Origin: an uncultured virus (IMG/VR IMGVR_UViG_3300046653_000062)
Taxonomy: Duplodnaviria > Heunggongvirae > Uroviricota > Caudoviricetes
Reading direction: 5' to 3' (one strand)
Length of the DNA: 64,000 bases
Virus record (IMG/VR): IMGVR_UViG_3300046653_000062
Below the pieces are notes generated by a model. That model saw nothing but the letters and a program-made list of their open reading frames with translations. It was not told the origin of the DNA and did no database searches. Of the stretch, positions 57,157-64,000 are shown in pieces; within the stretch, counting starts at the first letter, position 1; the number at the start of each line of letters is the position of its first letter. A program made the translations under genes and the position numbers.

Positions 57157-57450
57157 TTAGTCGTCCCTTATAATACGACCTTTCATAAGTTCGTCCATAG
57201 CTTCAAAAGCTTCGTCAATGCCATCAGCGGCGGCCTCTATCTCCAGAAAATCGTGCTCGTGGTTCTTTTTCCACTCGTCCCAGAGCTTAAGGATGTGGGA
57301 GAAGTCGCGCCGTTGTTGGGTGTCTGACCAACGGAGGGGTCGGGGTAAGGGGTCCGGTGAGTGGGAACTGGAAGTCAGCGATCGTTTCGGAGCCATAATG
57401 CATTCCTCATGCTGGTTTGTCATGAGTAGGAAAAGCCGTTTTCTGCCCAC
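57157..57450 (-). CDS. Hypothetical protein (start uncertain)
   Basis: First ORF of the late operon; an internal GAGG-preceded ATG (MAPKRS) is the likelier start. Confidence 0.5.
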   Translation of the reverse strand: MGRKRLFLLMTNQHEECIMAPKRSLTSSSHSPDPLPRPLRWSDTQQRRDFSHILKLWDEWKKNHEHDFLEIEAAADGIDEAFEAMDELMKGRIIRDD

Positions 57451-57699
57451 GTTGTCAAGGTCATGAGTAGAAAACGCGTGATTTGGGCTATCTGGGAAAT
57501 TCTGAAAAAATTTTTGCTCGGGCCTTAGCTCGGGCTCGGGCCTGAGGATAGGCCCCTCCCCCGGTCGGCGTGTGAAACATGTATTGTTTCACAATCTCGG
57601 AGCTGGGCCTCAGGCGTCAAACATAATACTAAAGTTAACCCATTGAAACTGCACGGCTTTCTGCCACGTGTTGAGAGCGTTTAAACGCTCTCAACTTGA

Positions 57700-57712
57700 T
57701 AACCCATTGATA
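57700..57712 (-). promoter_or_regulatory. IHF-consensus site
   Basis: TATCAATGGGTTA matches WATCAANNNNTTR; a near copy lies at 57636-57648. Confidence 0.5.
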
Positions 57713-57991
57713 TCATTTGGTATTCTTCGCGCGCTTAGCGTCATGCATGCGTCGTGACCACGCTCGTCTGTCACTGGCCGCTGTCCATTCCGCGACCGCG
57801 TCAGGCGTTGTTTCCTCAATCACCGCTTGACGTTTCAGCCTCTCAGCATCGAACCAAAGCGCTTCGGCCTCCCAGAGCGCTTCGACTAACGCCCTATCAC
57901 CCTGCCCTGACTTGGCCAGTCTGGGGGCTTCTGTGGGCGTCTGGCGACGTGGTGAAAGGTAATCGTATGCCCAGCTTACAAGTTTGATCAT
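57713..57991 (-). CDS. Hypothetical protein
   Basis: GGGG RBS; 92 aa. Confidence 0.5.
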   Translation of the reverse strand: MIKLVSWAYDYLSPRRQTPTEAPRLAKSGQGDRALVEALWEAEALWFDAERLKRQAVIEETTPDAVAEWTAASDRRAWSRRMHDAKRAKNTK

Positions 57992-58091
57992 ACCCCAAGT
58001 CCATTCGCATAAGTTAGATTATGGAAAAATCAATGTTCGATGATATTCGAACAATGGCTAAGGCTGTTTAAACAGCCTCAGCGCTTAAAGG

Positions 58092-58664
58092 TTAACCGAG
58101 CTGCAATGTTTCCTTGCAGCGTGGGCAATCAGGTAAACCCACCTCATCAATCCATTTCTGAGATATTCTGATTGTATAGTCACAGCATTCACAGATTGCT
58201 TTGTGCATTCTAATAGTTTGTTTCTTTGGCGCCGTGGAAATTGCGTCAGTATTCAGGATAAAGTGGGGAAACTTTGGTAAGTCTAAACTGTTCAATTCGT
58301 CAATAAGAGCTGGGCTTTCAGTTGTCGCTGTCATTTTACCTTCCAAACCTACTGCCTTTGCAAGCTTTCTGAACTTGCCTTTATGGCCGCATACTAGACC
58401 AACACACACATGAACTAATTCGTGAACGAGAACACCTAGGGCTTTTTGTTGAGCCAAGCTGGGATGAATGAACACCTCATAGAAGCCGCCTTCTGAGGAT
58501 GTGTCAGACCAGACTTGGCCTATCGCCTTCTTTCCGCCCCGCGACGTGAACCCCACAGTCACGCGTACGTTCTGAGGGATTATTGCGCCATGGCGCTTAA
58601 ACAGTGGGCGCAACTTATCAATCGCCAACTCCAACCAACCTTCACGTGTGAGCTTTGCAAGCAT
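58092..58664 (-). CDS. SprT-like zinc metalloprotease
   Basis: VLVHELVH (HExxH)...GH.GKF; C-terminal CECC...CPRC. Confidence 0.8.
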   Translation of the reverse strand: MLAKLTREGWLELAIDKLRPLFKRHGAIIPQNVRVTVGFTSRGGKKAIGQVWSDTSSEGGFYEVFIHPSLAQQKALGVLVHELVHVCVGLVCGHKGKFRKLAKAVGLEGKMTATTESPALIDELNSLDLPKFPHFILNTDAISTAPKKQTIRMHKAICECCDYTIRISQKWIDEVGLPDCPRCKETLQLG

Positions 58665-58942
58665 TCCCGTATTCCTTGTTTCAATCCATCAATCATAGGC
58701 ATGATGTGATATGTAGCGTTTAAACGCAACATATAAGATGGGGTTTTCCAGGTTGTGAAGATTTTTTCACTCAACCATTAAAAGGGGCTTGCGTCGAAGT
58801 GATATGTTGTGTTTTATGGTTATAGTGAATGGATGGATTGAGTTGATGGGGGGTTAAGTGAGGGTTCCGCAGGGGTTACGCAGTCTTTAACGTTTCATGC
58901 TCCCCTTGGGCTTAGCCGCCCTTTGCGTGAGCGCTGGCAGTA

Positions 58943-58959
58943 CTCTTTGACATTGTGAA
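58943..58959 (+). promoter_or_regulatory. boxA-like antitermination site
   Basis: CTCTTTGACATTGTGAA in the early-operon leader, similar to boxA consensus GCTCTTTAACA. Confidence 0.6.
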
Positions 58960-59073
58960 CGATCTTACAGCCCGTGGTGCGATTGTGGGTTGTGAGACAT
59001 ACACCAACGTGAATATGAGCTTGCCTCATGTCGAGCGTTCCCACAGTGGGAACGCTGCATATGAGGGGGTTAC

Positions 59074-59127
59074 ATGTTTGAAGATTTGAAGCTAATTGCG
59101 TTAATAATGGCGCGTGCTCCGAAGTAG
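59074..59127 (+). CDS. Candidate 17-aa peptide MFEDLKLIALIMARAPK
   Basis: Strong GAGGGGG RBS; flanked by the same type of hairpin as the larger early genes. Confidence 0.45.
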   Translation: MFEDLKLIALIMARAPK

Positions 59128-59198
59128 AAACCGTTAGGTAATCACGGCGAAATCATTGAAGCCGTGAGCATCATGCGTTTAAACAGTGTGAGGGTGAA

Positions 59199-59861
59199 AT
59201 GACTAACCGGAGAAAGTGGATTGCTAAGATTATCGAAATATCGGAGGGCTTACCTAACGTGTGTCCTGACTTGCGTGTTGCATACGGCTATGCCGAACCT
59301 GGATATGATGCGCCAAGTTCGGGGATTGTCGTGTTGGCGGATTGGAACTCACGTAAGTTTGACAGTAAAGTCAAAGCAGACAATACAATGCCACGTTTGG
59401 CGAAGCTTCTAGAGTACTTTGGCGCGTCTCTGGAATGGATTGACGAATGGTTTGTATGTGATTGTGGGAAGTGTATGCGCACAAGTGCTGACAGTCACGG
59501 GTGGAAAGCGTCTTATTGGTTTACTGGCAGTAACATAGTTTGCGCTGAATGTGTGTTGAGTGATCCTTCTGATTATCTTGAGTATCTTCAGGGTAACGCA
59601 GAAGACGCGCTAACACTCGATATCGATCTCAGCGACCATGATTATGTAAAATTCCGCGCAAACTGTGAAACAGGCTGGCACTATGGCCAGAATGATAGCC
59701 CGAAAGAAATAGCCAAGTCATTACAGACTATGGGTATAGAGAACTTCATATTCGAGATAGACGAGGCTCAACAGTTCACAGTCATATGGTCCGTATGGAT
59801 ACGCATAGACGAGCTAAGACGTCTCAAGTCATATGAACGCAAGCAACGCATTGCTGCGTAG
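59199..59861 (+). CDS. Early hypothetical protein
   Basis: GAGGG RBS; GYAEPGY, ADWN, EW..C..C, ETGWHYGQND.P. Confidence 0.75.
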   Translation: MTNRRKWIAKIIEISEGLPNVCPDLRVAYGYAEPGYDAPSSGIVVLADWNSRKFDSKVKADNTMPRLAKLLEYFGASLEWIDEWFVCDCGKCMRTSADSHGWKASYWFTGSNIVCAECVLSDPSDYLEYLQGNAEDALTLDIDLSDHDYVKFRANCETGWHYGQNDSPKEIAKSLQTMGIENFIFEIDEAQQFTVIWSVWIRIDELRRLKSYERKQRIAA

Positions 59862-59930
59862 CGAACAAGTTCTAGGAGCGTTTAAACGCTCTTAGTGATT
59901 GTTTACTATAGCAAAAGAGGGAAAAGTAGC

Positions 59931-60743
59931 ATGATTACATTCAAGATTGGCGTTAAGTCTGACAATGAGACGCCCAAAGTGGAAGAGACCCAAGGCTTTG
60001 CTTATCGAGTCGAGATTGGTAAGAACGCGTTTTTCTTCGTCGCCCATAAGGAGGAAAGGGCGCTGAAATTGTCCCACTACAATTCTGGGCGTTTGGTCGC
60101 GCATGATTTGAACGATCGAACGGGGACAGAAGCGCAAAAGGTGGGACGGCATTTGCGAGGTATTGTGAACCGTGTGGGCGTCAAGAAATTTATTGCAGCA
60201 ATCCAAAACGCGCCTGTGATCACTGAGGGTGAGCCGGAAACTTACATGGTAACCACGATTGCGCCAGAACCGAGAGAAGCGGCGCCCAAAGCGGAGGAGG
60301 GGGGAGACGTAGTCTGTGGTTGCGTGGCGTGCAAAGGGGCAGGGAAGGTCGCAAACTTTTCTGGAAAATGTCACGTGTGCGACGGCATTGGCTCGTATCG
60401 CCACACGAACAAAACTGAACTCGATAGGGTTTTGTTCCTGATTATTTCTCAGCAAGGGAAATCGAAGGGACGGCTTAAATCGAGCTGGAGCTGGGCAAAA
60501 CAGAAGGAGTTGACTGGCCATGAACGCGTAACATTCAACCGCGCTTACTACGTATGGCGCTGGGCGCGGTTTCATGGTGGGGAAGATGTAACCCTGCCAT
60601 TCAATGCGAATTTCATTGGTGGGAGTGACCCTTGCAAAGAAGCGCTTGATCGTTGGTCTGAAACTGTGGCCAAGCGTGCTTTCGGCTCTGACAAGGTAGG
60701 CGCTCAGCGCTGGCACGACGCTTTCTATGGGGCGACTAGCTAA
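59931..60743 (+). CDS. Early protein with DnaJ-type Zn motifs
   Basis: ATG at 59931 after GAGGG; CVACKGAG...CHVCDGIG; AYYVWRWARFHGG.DVT.P. Confidence 0.75.
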   Translation: MITFKIGVKSDNETPKVEETQGFAYRVEIGKNAFFFVAHKEERALKLSHYNSGRLVAHDLNDRTGTEAQKVGRHLRGIVNRVGVKKFIAAIQNAPVITEGEPETYMVTTIAPEPREAAPKAEEGGDVVCGCVACKGAGKVANFSGKCHVCDGIGSYRHTNKTELDRVLFLIISQQGKSKGRLKSSWSWAKQKELTGHERVTFNRAYYVWRWARFHGGEDVTLPFNANFIGGSDPCKEALDRWSETVAKRAFGSDKVGAQRWHDAFYGATS

Positions 60744-60800
60744 CAATACAGTAGGGCGGATTTACCGCCTTACTATATGGTTAACTAGAAGGGAAATGAC

Positions 60801-61286
60801 ATGTTTACAGTAAACACCAACATAGAAACTGGAATTGCTTACGGATACATTGCTGCCAATGCTCTGGACTCTGAGTTAGTTTATGAACTGATGAGCGAGG
60901 GGACGGATGAAACGGCAAACGCCGCGTGGGAAGAATTTGTTTCCGATTTGGCGCGGAAAATTCAGCTCGCAAACGAAGATTTGGCCGTGACAGACGAGGA
61001 AGCGCGGGAGGAAGCGGAGGAAGCCGCAGACAACGACGCGCAATCGTTCTGGGATGGATACGAGGCATGCGAGCCAACTGTGACAGGGGAAAAAGACGGC
61101 GTCAAATATGCCTCATCCTGGCTTGGCGGCGCCTTGAATTTCTTCATTTTCCTGTCGCCTGTGATCACGGATAAAGCCTGTCTGGCCAGTCCTTGCGTGC
61201 CAAATGCGGGGATTCTCGACCGTCTTGAGGGGTATGTGACGGCCTACGATGTGCCGGCTGATTGGCGGCTCAACCCTGACGATTGA
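60801..61286 (+). CDS. Early acidic protein
   Basis: AAGGG RBS; TGI.YG.I, ASPCVPNAG.L; D/E-rich. Confidence 0.75.
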   Translation: MFTVNTNIETGIAYGYIAANALDSELVYELMSEGTDETANAAWEEFVSDLARKIQLANEDLAVTDEEAREEAEEAADNDAQSFWDGYEACEPTVTGEKDGVKYASSWLGGALNFFIFLSPVITDKACLASPCVPNAGILDRLEGYVTAYDVPADWRLNPDD

Positions 61287-61358
61287 AGGGTAGGGGAGGC
61301 TGTTTAAACAGCCTCCCGTGACGTTCAATCCGAACGGGTGAAACCAACAGAGAACATT

Positions 61359-61573
61359 ATGAAGCTTACAAAAATGGAACGCGAGAACGCGAGAACGCGA
61401 GAACAAAATTGAAGCGTGGTGAAATCATCCGCGACAGTCTGAAAGCGGCGATGGATCGGGAAGATATCCCGGAGGATATCCGCACGGCAGTCCGCACGCT
61501 GGCGGTCGAGCTGGATATGGAGATTCTCGGATACCTTTCAAATCTCATAATCTATGGGGGGCGGAAGTCATGA
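61359..61573 (+). pseudogene. Small early gene, apparently frameshifted by an 8-bp repeat expansion
   Basis: (GCGAGAAC)x3 at 61381-61404; with two copies the frame reads MKLTKMERENARTKLKRGEII...GGRKS and its TGA overlaps the next ATG. Confidence 0.5.
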
Positions 61574-61869
61574 GCCGGAAACTGGGAAAGGTCGGTGGGC
61601 CGTTCGGCGCGCCTATGGGAAGGCAGGGAAACCCCCAGATAGACCCGGATAACCCCACGAAATGGTATCTCTCACGCGTTTATCTGAACCCCCAGGGATA
61701 CGATTCGGGCGGCGCATATTGGGGAACTGGGCAGCCGCTGTACTGGGCTTTGCAGAGCAATCCGGCGGATGGAGAAACAGAAGAAGAACTGTTTTTCCGG
61801 GCGATAGATCGGGCGGCGGCAAAAGAACACGTCATAAAGCTAAACCCAAATTCTAAATTCTATCGGTAA
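61570..61869 (+). CDS. Early hypothetical protein
   Basis: GAPMGR...L.RV.L...GYD.GGAYWG.G.PLY. Confidence 0.75.
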   Translation: MSRKLGKVGGPFGAPMGRQGNPQIDPDNPTKWYLSRVYLNPQGYDSGGAYWGTGQPLYWALQSNPADGETEEELFFRAIDRAAAKEHVIKLNPNSKFYR

Positions 61870-61942
61870 TAACGGGCGGCAATTGCCGCCCCTCTCGTAA
61901 ATCCGCAAACAATCAAGTATGCGGATTTATTAGGGGGATACT

Positions 61943-62395
61943 ATGTCAACAAAGACCACATACGAGCCGACTGCAAAAGAACTTGAAATGCTCAACTATT
62001 ACCATGATTTGGTCGGGTTTCGGTGGAAAGCGGCGCTTCTGAAACTGTGGTACGTCGAAAAAATCGGGCCGGTGGCGTTCGCCCCCCAAATTCGTTCGCT
62101 TCGTACGGCCGCCAACGAAGTCTGGCTGCGAAAATTCAGCCTGGAAAATGCGAACAAAAAGGCGACGGCGGAAAAGCCTCCTGTTGTCGTTACGTTCCAG
62201 ATCACTTGCGCGGGTGACGCCTTTCTGGACGGTGGGATTTCACAGATTCTTTCGTTGTTCAACGCAGCGTCTAAAAGACTTTCAGAATTCTCCGATGTGC
62301 GTTCTCTTGACGGCCATGAAGGGAAACTTTCTGATCTGAACGGGAATATCTGCGCAACACTTACGGCGAAACTGGTGGAAAATGAGACTGTTTAA
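61943..62395 (+). CDS. Early hypothetical protein
   Basis: AGGGGG RBS; 150 aa. Confidence 0.7.
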   Translation: MSTKTTYEPTAKELEMLNYYHDLVGFRWKAALLKLWYVEKIGPVAFAPQIRSLRTAANEVWLRKFSLENANKKATAEKPPVVVTFQITCAGDAFLDGGISQILSLFNAASKRLSEFSDVRSLDGHEGKLSDLNGNICATLTAKLVENETV

Positions 62396-62798
62396 ACGCG
62401 TTTTGGGTTGGGTGGGTGCGAAAGCACCCACTACAACGCCCACAGAGCCTTCTGTGGGTGAGGAAAATCTGGCGGCTTCCCCCCATAGGGGGGAAGGCAA
62501 AGACCGGCCCCTGATGCTATCAGAGCTTGAGGAAAAGCATATCTGGCAACTGTTCGGTCGGGCGGCCCTGATCGAGATATGCAAAAAGCCGGAGAGCTTC
62601 GGCTTTGACGCCGAACTAGACGGAATTTTTGATTTCTACAACAAGGCGCGGCAGCTTCAGGGGCAGTTCTGGGATGCGCTAAAGCTGACTGAAGGCAACC
62701 TTGAAGCCGCCACAGACCCGACGTTGCCTGTGTGGCGGACAGCGGCGAAACTCACGGAGCTTGATTGGACGTCACGGAAGAGGCGGGAAAATGTCTGA
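62382..62798 (+). CDS. Hypothetical protein
   Basis: Overlapping coupled ORF. Confidence 0.6.
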   Translation: MRLFKRVLGWVGAKAPTTTPTEPSVGEENLAASPHRGEGKDRPLMLSELEEKHIWQLFGRAALIEICKKPESFGFDAELDGIFDFYNKARQLQGQFWDALKLTEGNLEAATDPTLPVWRTAAKLTELDWTSRKRRENV

Positions 62799-63036
62799 CG
62801 AAACCCTGGTTCTGGTCCGTGTCGCGGAGCGCCTGGAAAGCCGGGCGAACTCGATCTGCTGCTGTTTCCGTTCGCAGACGCCGACCGATGATAGACGGGC
62901 CCTGGCGCGATTTGTGGGGCTTCTCCGCCAGCGGGCGGCGGTTCTGCGGAAGTGGCGGCAATTCGCTCTGGATGGGCGGCCGCTCCCCATAAACTGGAAA
63001 GCAGAAGCGGCGGAAGCGGAAAACCTCGCAGAATAA
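62791..63036 (+). CDS. Hypothetical protein
   Basis: ATG at 62791 after GAGG; ends at the terminator. Confidence 0.55.
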   Translation: MSDETLVLVRVAERLESRANSICCCFRSQTPTDDRRALARFVGLLRQRAAVLRKWRQFALDGRPLPINWKAEAAEAENLAE

Positions 63037-63073
63037 AAAACCCCCTGGCTGAAAAGTCAGGGGGTGATTTTTT
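63034..63073. terminator. Bidirectional intrinsic terminator
   Basis: AAAAAA-ccccctggct-gaaa-agtcaggggg-tgaTTTTTT between convergent genes. Confidence 0.85.
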
Positions 63074-63088
63074 GTCCGTCTTCTGAAG

Positions 63089-63295
63089 TCAAAGGGTCGG
63101 GCGGCTTCTGATCGCCTTGGCGGCCTTGGCCAGGGCGTCTCGGGCGTCGAAGTCCATGGACGGGGTAATCTGGGCGTCGATTTCCTTCGCGCACGCTTCC
63201 CGCTCTAGAAGGACGAGTTCAATCGCGGATTCGCCAATCTCGGTCAGAGCGGAGCTGAAACGATCGGCGGCGGCTTTCTCGTAATCTGCGGTCAA
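63089..63295 (-). CDS. Hypothetical protein
   Basis: EREACAK....A.AIR.R pattern; coupled to the upstream gene. Confidence 0.6.
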   Translation of the reverse strand: MTADYEKAAADRFSSALTEIGESAIELVLLEREACAKEIDAQITPSMDFDARDALAKAAKAIRSRPTL

Positions 63296-64000
63296 ACTCT
63301 GATTTCCTGTCGGGCGCGGATCAGCGCGGGCGCATCTGGTTTCGGGTGATCGGCGTATTGCAAAATCCGGACCATCCCGGCCGGGGTAACTTCGACATCG
63401 CGGAAAATGTAAAAAATGTTTGGGTCCACAAAACCCATCTCCGGGGTGAGAAGAACCGGCGCTGCCGAGTTATCCTTCGGACGGATGAACTGCTTATCTC
63501 CAAGCCAGCCCTTTGCGATAGCGGTCGCGTGCGGCTTCCACCGGCCGGAGCGGGATTTCGACCGGTAAATCCACCCGCCTTTTCTGAAAAGCCACTCGTT
63601 GAACTCATGCTGCGGCTGTTCGAGCTGGTTCGCGGCGTCCCGGAGCGGGATACTTTCTTGAGAACCAAGAAGGGCGGTCAGAAGGGAAACACCATTCGCG
63701 GCCAGGGTCGCAATTCCCTTCGTCGTGTGCAGCTCCTGGGAAAGCCCGATGTTTTGATTCCCGAGGTCCGCGACCTGCTTCGCGAAGGACAGGCGGGCGG
63801 CTTCCGATGCTTCCGCGCGTTCTTCGGCGTCAGCCCAGTTACGGGCGAGCTCGGCTCGACTGAGCGTCTTCGCCGGTTCCCGGTTCCCATATCCCCCTGT
63901 CTTGCGGATCGAAGGGAGGACTTCGCCGGTCACCCATTTGCGGAACCGTTTCGCCGATTCCTTCCGGCTTGTCATGATCACGGCGTAAAGGCCGGATTCG
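63292..64000 (-). CDS. BRO-N plus ANT/KilAC antirepressor-like protein (5' end outside the window)
   Basis: Frame is open to the window edge: ESGLYAVIMTSRKESAKRFRKWVTGEVLPSIRKTGGY; C-terminal RDAA..L......F..WL...GWIYR...VTP.G. Confidence 0.85.
   Translation of the reverse strand, partial: ESGLYAVIMTSRKESAKRFRKWVTGEVLPSIRKTGGYGNREPAKTLSRAELARNWADAEERAEASEAARLSFAKQVADLGNQNIGLSQELHTTKGIATLAANGVSLLTALLGSQESIPLRDAANQLEQPQHEFNEWLFRKGGWIYRSKSRSGRWKPHATAIAKGWLGDKQFIRPKDNSAAPVLLTPEMGFVDPNIFYIFRDVEVTPAGMVRILQYADHPKPDAPALIRARQEIRV

Larger units (their letters stand above)
1..64000. mobile_element. Tailed dsDNA bacteriophage (podovirus-like), near-complete genome
   Basis: TerS/TerL, portal, scaffold, capsid, tail and ejection proteins, endolysin, PolA, primase-helicase and antirepressors are all present; no host housekeeping genes seen. 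Confidence 0.95.

Noticed and set aside
57571..57593. parS site
   Set aside because: Half-sites are in the opposite order to TGTTTCACGTGAAACA and separated by 5 nt; no ParA or ParB gene seen
58955..61937. CRISPR array or integron attC cassette array
   Set aside because: Hairpins share no repeat sequence or consistent RYYYAAC/GTTRRRY ends, spacing is gene-sized, and no cas or integrase gene is present

Overview
The window holds most of the genome of a tailed dsDNA phage with podovirus-type gene content (no tape-measure or tail-tube gene recognised). The host is probably a GC-rich alphaproteobacterium (Hyphomicrobiales), inferred from an Omp25/RopB-like gene and an rrn-type boxA. Layout: (1) 1-4.8 kb, leftward: DnaJ-type Zn-finger ORF, frameshifted BRO-N antirepressor, iteron-rich putative origin, prim-pol/D5 primase-helicase. 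(2) 5-20.5 kb, rightward: small hypotheticals, two tRNAs, outer-membrane protein, family A DNA polymerase, PD-(D/E)XK nuclease, VRR-NUC, SNF2 helicase, SSB-like protein. (3) 20.5-57.4 kb, leftward late operon: TerS, intein-containing TerL, portal, GroES-like protein, scaffold, capsid, tail and ejection proteins, endolysin. (4) 57.5-59 kb: putative terminus and divergent promoters. (5) 59-63 kb: rightward early operon punctuated by long hairpins. (6) A second BRO-N/ANT antirepressor runs off the right end. No integrase, CI repressor or CRISPR array is visible. Most unusual signals: at least 21 copies of the palindrome GTTTAAAC; a TerL intein starting with Pro; a PolA with Gln at the steric gate; a recurring x-A-x-G-G motif across putative internal virion proteins; a protein carrying terminase-like and portal-like peptides; a paralogous small-domain family; two genes broken by short tandem duplications; and a duplicated 5'-leader RNA motif. 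All calls were made by eye; no database searches were run.
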